From NCBI RefSeq assembly GCF_000015585.1, contig NC_008789.1, forward strand, positions 2,190,001 through 2,222,000: 32,000 nt of DNA. The letters are read 5' to 3'. This document shows positions 16,377 through 23,136 of this stretch, piece after piece. The notes below the pieces were generated by a model, which ran no database searches, had not been told where the DNA came from, and saw nothing but the letters and a program-made list of their open reading frames with translations. Position 1 is the first letter of the stretch. The number at the start of each line of letters is the position of its first letter. Source of the DNA: Halorhodospira halophila SL1. GTDB taxonomy: Bacteria > Pseudomonadota > Gammaproteobacteria > Nitrococcales > Halorhodospiraceae. Position numbers and translations under genes: made by a program.

Positions 16377-16673
16377 TCAGTTGTAGTCGATGCCGTGTTC
16401 ACGGAGCTTCTTGCGCAGCGTGGCTCGATTGAGGCCGAGCAGCTGAGCCGCCCGCGTCTGGTTGCCAGAGCAGTAGTCCATCACCGACTCCAGGAGCGGG
16501 ACCTCCACCTCGTTGAGCACAAGCCGGTAAAGACCGTTGCAGTCGTGCCCGTCCAACTCCCTGAAATAGTCATCCAGGGCGCGGGTCACCGCCTCGCGGA
16601 TGGGTCCCCCCACCGCGCCGTCACCGCCCCTGCCAGGACCCTGTCCGGGACCGGGTCCCTTGCCCTCGTGCAT
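16377..16673 (-). CDS. fis: Fis family DNA-binding protein (nucleoid-associated)
   Basis: 98 aa. C-terminal two thirds ([63 protein letters not shown]) align by eye to E. coli Fis. The N-terminal ~24 aa are Gly/Pro-rich. Located 20 nt upstream of purH. Confidence 0.92.
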   Translation of the reverse strand: MHEGKGPGPGQGPGRGGDGAVGGPIREAVTRALDDYFRELDGHDCNGLYRLVLNEVEVPLLESVMDYCSGNQTRAAQLLGLNRATLRKKLREHGIDYN

Positions 16674-16746
16674 GCGTCACCCCCATTGATGCCTGACTTC
16701 GAAGAATAACAGACCCGACCGACCGCCCACCGGGGCGCCGGCGGCC

Positions 16747-17706
16747 TTACTCGACCGGTCGGAATGACAGCGAGAAGCTCTCGGCCCCGCCGTCGGGCTC
16801 TGCCACGTAGAGTTCCACCGGGACCCGCGCCCCCGGCTCCATACCGGCGCCCAGACGTGCTCGCAGACGGCTGTCGGCGACGTAGTCCTCGGGACGGACC
16901 CAGCGCTCGCCGGTGACGTGGCCATCGAGATCGCGCAGCGTCAGCCGCATCTCCGGGTAGGGCAGGCGCCGCTCGCCGGTATGCACCAGGACCCCGCCGA
17001 GCATGAGCGCGTCATCCCGGCGCGGATCCGGCTCCAGCCAGCGCTCCTCGACCTCGATGACGTCGTAGCTCGCCGCGGTCTCCAGCTGGCAGTCGTAAAG
17101 GGTGCAGACTGCGGAGAGCCAGGCCCGGGTGCCGGGCAGCTCAAGCAGCGCCCCGCGGTAGAGATACGATCCGTGGACCAGCGCTGCCGCTAGCACCAGC
17201 ACCCCGGCGGCCACGAGCCAGCGGCGGCCGCGCCGCTTCTTCGGACCGCCGGCAGCCGACGCACGGGCCGGGCGCTGTTCGGCCCGCAGTTCGGCCAGGA
17301 CCTGTTCCCAGTCCGCGTCCGCAGCCCCGCCCCGTCCCGCCCCGGCGGTTTCCTCCGAGGCCGTCGCTGCCCGTTGCTCGGCCGCGGGATGCTCACCGAC
17401 CAAGGCCCGAAGATCTACGGGCCGCTCGTCGCTGTCGCCGGGCAGCAGCCGGCCGATCGCTGACATCTGCGGCCCCAGGGCGGGGATACGCACCTCCGCC
17501 TCTTCGGTGGACGACGCCGACGTCGACGCCGCTGGCTGCCCACCATCCGCCGCGCCGGCCTCATCACCCGGCAACTCCTCGCTCAGCGCCTGGACGGCGT
17601 CGAAGGTGGTCTGACACAGGCCACAGGTCACCCGACCACGAGCCTGACGGAGCTGCCAGGCACGCAGCGCGAAGATCGTCCCGCATCCAGGGCACTGGGT
17701 GTACAC
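16747..17706 (-). CDS. Zinc-ribbon (MJ0042-type CxxC) and DUF3426 domain protein
   Basis: VYTQCPGCGTIFALRAWQL...VTCGLCQTTFDA zinc ribbon, one TM (WLVAAGVLVLAAALVHGSYLY) and a C-terminal DUF3426-like beta domain. I place the start at GTG 17706, with GAGGGA SD 5 nt upstream. This removes the overlap with prmA implied by the track start at 17790. Confidence 0.8.
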   Translation of the reverse strand: MYTQCPGCGTIFALRAWQLRQARGRVTCGLCQTTFDAVQALSEELPGDEAGAADGGQPAASTSASSTEEAEVRIPALGPQMSAIGRLLPGDSDERPVDLRALVGEHPAAEQRAATASEETAGAGRGGAADADWEQVLAELRAEQRPARASAAGGPKKRRGRRWLVAAGVLVLAAALVHGSYLYRGALLELPGTRAWLSAVCTLYDCQLETAASYDVIEVEERWLEPDPRRDDALMLGGVLVHTGERRLPYPEMRLTLRDLDGHVTGERWVRPEDYVADSRLRARLGAGMEPGARVPVELYVAEPDGGAESFSLSFRPVE

Positions 17707-17744
17707 GGGCTTCCCTCGTTGTTGGAGAATCCGGAGACCGACGT

Positions 17745-18626
17745 TCAGGCGGTACGGGTGCCGCTGACCAGCACCCAGTCGCCGCAGCACCGCGGCGCAT
17801 CCCAGGCGATGCCGCCCTGGAAGGCATCCATGACCTGCTGCTCCTGCCCCCGGAGGATCCCGGAGAGCGCCAGGCGTCCGCCGACACGGACCCCATCGCG
17901 CAGCTCATCGGCCAGATCCACCAGCGTCGAGGCAAGGATATTGGCGACAAGGAAATCGGCGCAATACGCCGGACGCTGATCGACGGCATAAGACGGGACA
18001 TCCTCGGCCACGCCGTTGCGCTCGGCATTCTCGCGGCTGGCGACCACCGCCTGAGGATCGTTATCGACGGCCATGCAGCAGGCCGCCCCCAGACGCACCG
18101 CCGCCACGGCCAGGATGCCGGATCCGGCGCCGTAATCCAGGCCGTTGCGCCCCGCTATGGGCTCGCCGTCCAGCCACTCCAGGCACAGCGCCGTGGTCTC
18201 ATGGGTCCCGGTACCGAAGGCCAGGCCCGGATCGAGGTGGATCGGCACCGCGCCGGCAGGCAGCTCGGGCTCGGCCCCGGTGGGGACGATCCACAGGCGC
18301 TCGCCGAAGGCCATCGGCCGAAAGTGGTCCAGCCACTCACGCTCCCAGGCACGGTCCTCCAGCGTCTCGGCCTGCCAGCCCCGCAGCCGCTCCCCCAGCT
18401 GCCCGGCCAGCAAGGTGTGCAGGGCATCGGGGTCGGTCTCAGGGGGAAAAAGCGCATCGACCCGCACCTGCTCCCACAGCGGGTGCTCGCCCACCCCGGG
18501 CTCGAGGAGCACGGTGCCGTCGTCGGCCTGATAGGTCTGGGACAGCGCCCCGGCCAACTCCAGTGCGCCATCCACGGCGTCGAGGTCGCCGGCCGCCACC
18601 TCCAGCGTGACTTGCAACTGCGCCAC
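17745..18626 (-). CDS. prmA: Ribosomal protein L11 methyltransferase
   Basis: WEREWLDHFRPMAFGERLWIVP..., the SAM motif LDYGAGSGILAVAA and LVANILASTLVDLA match the PrmA pattern. Confidence 0.93.
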   Translation of the reverse strand: MAQLQVTLEVAAGDLDAVDGALELAGALSQTYQADDGTVLLEPGVGEHPLWEQVRVDALFPPETDPDALHTLLAGQLGERLRGWQAETLEDRAWEREWLDHFRPMAFGERLWIVPTGAEPELPAGAVPIHLDPGLAFGTGTHETTALCLEWLDGEPIAGRNGLDYGAGSGILAVAAVRLGAACCMAVDNDPQAVVASRENAERNGVAEDVPSYAVDQRPAYCADFLVANILASTLVDLADELRDGVRVGGRLALSGILRGQEQQVMDAFQGGIAWDAPRCCGDWVLVSGTRTA

Positions 18627-18629
18627 GAG

Positions 18630-18971
18630 TCAGGAGCCTTGTCGCGGAGTGGGCGGGACCACGAAGCAGGCGGCCTGCTCACGGGTGTAGAAGCAGCCAT
18701 CGCGCTCGAACCCCGAGACCACGCGCTGCCTCACCGCGATCACCCGGCCGCGGTCATCGCGCTCGCTGATCAGCTCTTCGGGCAGACCGTCGAGGCGATG
18801 GAAGGGGGCCGGCTGCCCGCTCCGGTTGCAGGAGAGGTAGATCGTCCCCGTCTCCGTATCGAGGAAGGCCGGCCGGAAACCGTGATCCCGATTGCAGGCA
18901 CTGACCCCACCGGTCCCGTGGAACGTGGCGTTCTCGCACTCGAGTCGCTCTGCCGTAAGGGCGCGAGCCAT
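18630..18971 (-). CDS. Hypothetical protein (113 aa, four Cys), tightly linked upstream of prmA
   Basis: Strong SD GGAGGTGGTGA 5 nt before the ATG. The stop lies 3 nt before the prmA start. I recognise no family. Confidence 0.55.
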   Translation of the reverse strand: MARALTAERLECENATFHGTGGVSACNRDHGFRPAFLDTETGTIYLSCNRSGQPAPFHRLDGLPEELISERDDRGRVIAVRQRVVSGFERDGCFYTREQAACFVVPPTPRQGS

Positions 18972-19057
18972 CGCTCACCACCTCCGAACGTCGATACCGC
19001 TTCAAGGGTGATCGGCCGCTCCGCTGGCCCCCTGAGCCGGGCAACGCTCCTGCGCTG

Positions 19058-19588
19058 CTACTGATTCTGGTAGTTGGACACCGCGTGCTCGATCTCGGCT
19101 CGCGCGGCGTCGGCACCCTTCCAGTCGCGCACCTGCACCCACTTCCCGGGCTCGAGATCCTTATAGTGCTCGAAGAAATGGCTGATCTCCTGCAACAGGC
19201 GCGGCGACAGGTCGTCGGGGCCCTTCACCTCGCTATAATCGGTGGTCAGCTTGTCCACCGGCACAGCGATCAGCTTGGCGTCCTCCCCCGACTCATCGGC
19301 CATTTCCAGCACGCCCACCGGACGGCAGCGGATCACCGAGCCGGCCACCAGCGGCAGCGGGGTGATCACCAGCGCGTCCACCGGGTCGCCGTCATCCGCC
19401 AGCGTCTGCGGCACGAAGCCGTAGTTGCACGGGTAGTGCATCGCCGTGGCCATGATGCGATCGACGGTGAGGGTGCCCGTCTCTTTATCCACTTCGTACT
19501 TCACGGGGCCGCCGTGGAGCGGGATCTCGATGACGACGTTAATATCGTCCGGAATCGACCGCCCGGCGGGCACGGAATCGAGGCTCAT
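19058..19588 (-). CDS. ppa: Inorganic pyrophosphatase (family I)
   Basis: From the internal Met: [81 protein letters not shown] precedes ATG 19588. The 39-aa extension to 19705 in the track is Arg/Ala-rich and non-homologous. Confidence 0.93.
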   Translation of the reverse strand: MSLDSVPAGRSIPDDINVVIEIPLHGGPVKYEVDKETGTLTVDRIMATAMHYPCNYGFVPQTLADDGDPVDALVITPLPLVAGSVIRCRPVGVLEMADESGEDAKLIAVPVDKLTTDYSEVKGPDDLSPRLLQEISHFFEHYKDLEPGKWVQVRDWKGADAARAEIEHAVSNYQNQ

Positions 19589-19808
19589 GCAGTTTCTCCG
19601 TTCAGTAGAGGACTGTTTATGACCATGGAACGGCCAGACAGGGGCGAACTTTAACGCCGTTGCTGCGCCGCGGCAACCGGCGTTACGGCGCGCCGCCCCC
19701 CGCAACGCGCCCTATGGCAGCGCACCCGCCCCGCGGCGTCAACCGGCGGCATCGTGCCGCCGCACCATACGGTATGATTGGGGCGCATGATCAGTCTGAG
19801 GAAAGACC

Positions 19809-20309
19809 ATGGGTCCTTTGCTGCAGAAACTCATCGGCATCTGCCTCTTCCGCGACGGCCCGCAGGATCTGCCCTACTCCGCGACCCACCTGCTTGCCCT
19901 GATCGCAGGGAGTATGGCCCTGACCTACATCGCCGCCGGCAACCTGCCGGATACGGACGCCGTAGGCCTCCAGGTGGCGGTCGCCACGGGGTTTAGCCTC
20001 GCCTTCCTCTACGCCCTGCTGCTGCTACGCGGGCTGACCCCTCGATTCATTCAGAGCGCCACGGCGATGTTCGGCACCGACGTGCTCATCGGCATCCCGG
20101 TGACGCTGATGACCTTCCCCATCGCCACCTACGGGGTGGAGCAGGCCGGGGGGGCCGCCGCCGGTATCCTCTTGCTCTGGTTCTGGCAAGTCGCCATCCT
20201 CGGGCACATCTTCCGGCATACGCTGGAGATGCGTCTGGCGCTCGGCATCCTCCTGGCGCTGGCCTACAGTTTCCTCAGCTTCCAGGTGGTCCAGCTGGCC
20301 GCCGACTGA
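19809..20309 (+). CDS. Hypothetical integral membrane protein (4-5 TM)
   Basis: GAGGAAAG SD and a hydrophobic multi-TM profile. The stop is 12 nt before mpl, so probably the first gene of the mpl-ubiX operon. Confidence 0.6.
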   Translation: MGPLLQKLIGICLFRDGPQDLPYSATHLLALIAGSMALTYIAAGNLPDTDAVGLQVAVATGFSLAFLYALLLLRGLTPRFIQSATAMFGTDVLIGIPVTLMTFPIATYGVEQAGGAAAGILLLWFWQVAILGHIFRHTLEMRLALGILLALAYSFLSFQVVQLAAD

Positions 20310-20321
20310 TCGAGACGACCC

Positions 20322-21686
20322 ATGAAGATTCACATCCTCGGTATCTGCGGCACATTCATGGGCGGCATCGCCCTCCTTGCCCGGGAGAGCGGGCACGCGG
20401 TGGAGGGCAGCGACAGCGCCGCCTGGCCGCCCATGAGCGACATCCTCGACCAGGCGGGTGTCCCGGTGCGGGGGGGGTACGATGCGACCCACCTGGAGCC
20501 GGCCCCCGACCGGGTCATCATCGGCAACGCGCTGTCCCGCGGCAACCCCGCCATCGAATACACCCTCGACCGCGGTCTCCCCTACCAATCCGGCCCCGGG
20601 TGGCTGGCCGAACATGTGCTGACCGGACGCTGCGTCGTCGCCATCGCCGGGACCCACGGCAAGACCACCACGGCGTCGATGGCCACCTGGATCCTCGAGC
20701 GCTGCGGCCTCGACCCGGGGTATCTGATCGGCGGCGCCCCGGGCTTCAGTGAGCGCTCGGCCCGACTCGGCACCGGCTCCCCCTTCGTGGTGGAGGCCGA
20801 TGAATACGATACGGCCTTCTTCGACAAGCGGGCCAAGGTGGTGCACTACCAGCCCCGGGTCCTGCTGCTGAACAACCTGGAGTTCGACCACGCCGACATC
20901 TACCCGGATCTGGAGGCCATCGCCACGCAGCTGCACCACGCGATCCGCACCGTACCGGCCAACGGCCGGGTGCTCATCAACGGCGACGACCCCCACCTGC
21001 CCTCGGTGGTCGCCCGCGGCTGCTGGTCGCGGCTGGAGCGGATCGGCTTCGGCGCCGACAACGACTGGCGCATCGACGCCGACGAGGCCGCGGAGCATGC
21101 CGTCCTCGTCCACCGTGGTACACCACTGGGAGCGCTCCAGCCTCCCCAACCAGGACGCCACAACCTGGCCAATGCGGCTGCGGCGGTGGCGGCGGCGGCC
21201 AGCGCCGGTGCCGACCCGACCACGGCCGTCAAGGCGATCAACGAATTCCCCGGCGTCCGCCGACGGCTGGAATTGCGCGGCTGCGTCGATGGGGTCGAGG
21301 TCATCGACGACTTCGCCCACCACCCGAGCGCGGTGGCGGCCACCCTGAACGCCCTGGCCACCCCCGGGCGGCGACTCCTCGCCGTGCTCGAGCCGCGTTC
21401 AAACACCATGCGCCTGGGTATCCACCGCCATCAGCTGGCCGAAGCGCTCGGGCACGCCGACCAGGCCTTCGTGCTGACCCCGCCGGACCTGCCCTGGTCC
21501 GTCTCCGAGGCCCTGGCCCCGCTGGGCGAGCGCCTGCACACGGCCGCCGAGGTCAGCGACCTGGCCCGCCTGGCCCTGGCTAAGGCCCGCCCCGGCGACT
21601 GCCTGGTGGTCATGAGCAACGGCGCCTTCGGCGATATCCACGAGCGGCTGCTGACCGGCCTGAGGACCCGGGGCGCGCCGGCATGA
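20322..21686 (+). CDS. mpl: UDP-N-acetylmuramate:L-alanyl-gamma-D-glutamyl-meso-diaminopimelate ligase (murein peptide ligase)
   Basis: MKIHILGICGTFMGGIALLARESGHAVEGSD..., the Mur-ligase P-loop AIAGTHGKTTT, and EADEYDTAFFDKRAKVVHY. Confidence 0.93.
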   Translation: MKIHILGICGTFMGGIALLARESGHAVEGSDSAAWPPMSDILDQAGVPVRGGYDATHLEPAPDRVIIGNALSRGNPAIEYTLDRGLPYQSGPGWLAEHVLTGRCVVAIAGTHGKTTTASMATWILERCGLDPGYLIGGAPGFSERSARLGTGSPFVVEADEYDTAFFDKRAKVVHYQPRVLLLNNLEFDHADIYPDLEAIATQLHHAIRTVPANGRVLINGDDPHLPSVVARGCWSRLERIGFGADNDWRIDADEAAEHAVLVHRGTPLGALQPPQPGRHNLANAAAAVAAAASAGADPTTAVKAINEFPGVRRRLELRGCVDGVEVIDDFAHHPSAVAATLNALATPGRRLLAVLEPRSNTMRLGIHRHQLAEALGHADQAFVLTPPDLPWSVSEALAPLGERLHTAAEVSDLARLALAKARPGDCLVVMSNGAFGDIHERLLTGLRTRGAPA

Positions 21687-22291
21687 GCGGGATCAGTGTC
21701 GCCCTGACCGGCGCCTCGGGTATGCAGTACGGGCTGCGTCTGATCCAGGCCCTGGCCGGAGCCGGCGAGACCGTCCACCTCCTGGTCTCCGATGCCGCCC
21801 GAGTGGTGGCCGGACTGGAAACCGACACCCCGCTACCCCGACGCTCCGGGGAGCTGCATCGCGAGCTGGTCGCGGCGCTGGGCATCGATCCGGCGCGGCT
21901 CTACGTCTACAGTGAACAGCAATGGACGGCACCGCTAGCCTCCGGCTCGGCGGCACCCCAACGCATGGTGGTGTGCCCCTGCACCACGGGCACCCTGGCG
22001 GCCATTGCCGGCGGACACTCCGACAGCCTGATCGAGCGTGCTGCGGATGTGGTCATCAAAGAGCGCGGACGGCTGGTGGTGGTCCCGCGGGAGACGCCCC
22101 TGTCGGCGATCCATCTGGAGCACATGCTGTCCCTGACGCGGCTGGGGGTGGTGGTCCTGCCCGCCAACCCGGGGTTCTACCATCGACCCCAGCGGGTCGA
22201 GGATCTGATCGATTTCGTCGTCGCGCGGATTCTGGATCATCTGCATGTGGCCCACGATCTGGGTCCCCGCTGGGGCAAGGAGGGCAATTGA
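21683..22291 (+). CDS. ubiX: Flavin prenyltransferase UbiX
   Basis: ISVALTGASGMQYGLRLIQAL...VVCPCTTGTLAAIAGGHSDSLIERAADVVIKERGRLVVVPRETPLS...PGFYHRP. ATGA overlap with the mpl stop. Confidence 0.92.
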   Translation: MSGISVALTGASGMQYGLRLIQALAGAGETVHLLVSDAARVVAGLETDTPLPRRSGELHRELVAALGIDPARLYVYSEQQWTAPLASGSAAPQRMVVCPCTTGTLAAIAGGHSDSLIERAADVVIKERGRLVVVPRETPLSAIHLEHMLSLTRLGVVVLPANPGFYHRPQRVEDLIDFVVARILDHLHVAHDLGPRWGKEGN

Positions 22292-22866
22292 TGGGCGATG
22301 AGCTGCCGCTGTTCCCGCTGCGCACGGTCCTCTTCCCGGGCGGGCGCCTGGATCTGCGCATCTTTGAGCGCCGTTATCTGGATCTCGTCACCCATTGCGT
22401 GCGCAACGAGGCCCCGTTCGGTATTTGCCTGATCGAAGAGGATAGCGAGACCGGTCTGCCGGCCCGGCCCCACGCCGTGGGCACGGCGGTGCGGATCATC
22501 GACTGGGATCAGCGCAGCGACGGTCTGTTGGGGATCACCGTCGAGGGACAGCGCCGTTTCGAGATCCTGGAGCGGCACGCCCCCGCCGGGACGGTCCAGC
22601 AGGCCCGGGTGCGCTGGCTGGCAGAACAGCCAACACCGCGGCTGGATGCCGAGCTCCAGCCGCTGGCCGATCTACTGGAGCGGATTCTCGACCAGATTGG
22701 CGGCCTCTACGGGGCGATGCCCCGACAACTCGATGACGCAGGCTGGGTCAGCGCCCGGCTCTCGGAACTCCTGCCCATTCCCACCGAGGCGAAGCAGCAG
22801 CTGCTGGAGATCGACGCCCCCGAGGAGCGCCTGGAGCTGCTGCGCCAGGCGCTGGAACAGGAATAG
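22291..22866 (+). CDS. LON N-terminal (substrate-binding) domain protein
   Basis: MGDELPLFPLRTVLFPGGRLDLRIFERRYLDLV...FGICLIEE...GTAVRIIDWDQRSDGLLGITVEGQRRFEI is the Lon_N/PUA-like pattern without ATPase or protease domains. TGATG overlap with the ubiX stop. Confidence 0.85.
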   Translation: MGDELPLFPLRTVLFPGGRLDLRIFERRYLDLVTHCVRNEAPFGICLIEEDSETGLPARPHAVGTAVRIIDWDQRSDGLLGITVEGQRRFEILERHAPAGTVQQARVRWLAEQPTPRLDAELQPLADLLERILDQIGGLYGAMPRQLDDAGWVSARLSELLPIPTEAKQQLLEIDAPEERLELLRQALEQE

Positions 22867-22870
22867 CCTC

Positions 22871-23136
22871 CCCGCTGACGGCCCCGGGCGATGCCCCCCC
22901 CGCCGCAGCCGGGGCCTTTGGGCGTGCCGAGCAGCGCAGCCCCCGGCGGGGGTTCAGCGCGAACCTTTGCCGGTTCGCGCTGAACAGCGAGGTTTTGTCC
23001 GAGCGGCGCGCAGCGCCGCGAGTTAAGCGAGCGGCCCCGCCGGGATGAGCCGCGCAGGGGACCTCGCCGTCAGGCGAGGCGCGCGCGTCAGGCCCCGGCT
23101 GCGGCGGGGGGGGCATCGCCCGGGGCCGTCAGCGGG
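22871..23136. repeat. 266-bp structured element with perfect 47-bp terminal inverted repeats (MITE-like, or a giant bidirectional hairpin)
   Basis: 22871-22917 (CCCGCTGACGGCCCCGGGCGATGCCCCCCCCGCCGCAGCCGGGGCCT) is the exact reverse complement of 23090-23136. The 172-nt core carries four more hairpins: 22940-22952, 22952-22985 (14-bp perfect stem), 23003-23019 and 23062-23079. Confidence 0.85.

Noticed and set aside
14776-16386. 536-aa + strand ORF opposite purH
   Set aside because: An antisense shadow of an unambiguous purH; the composition is Gly/Arg/Ala/His-rich with no motifs.
22646-23116. ORFs 22646-23026 (+) and 22748-23116 (-) crossing the inverted-repeat element
   Set aside because: Both read through the perfect 47-bp arms and internal hairpins and give Arg/Ala/Pro-rich products. 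The open frames are a by-product of GC-rich palindromic DNA.
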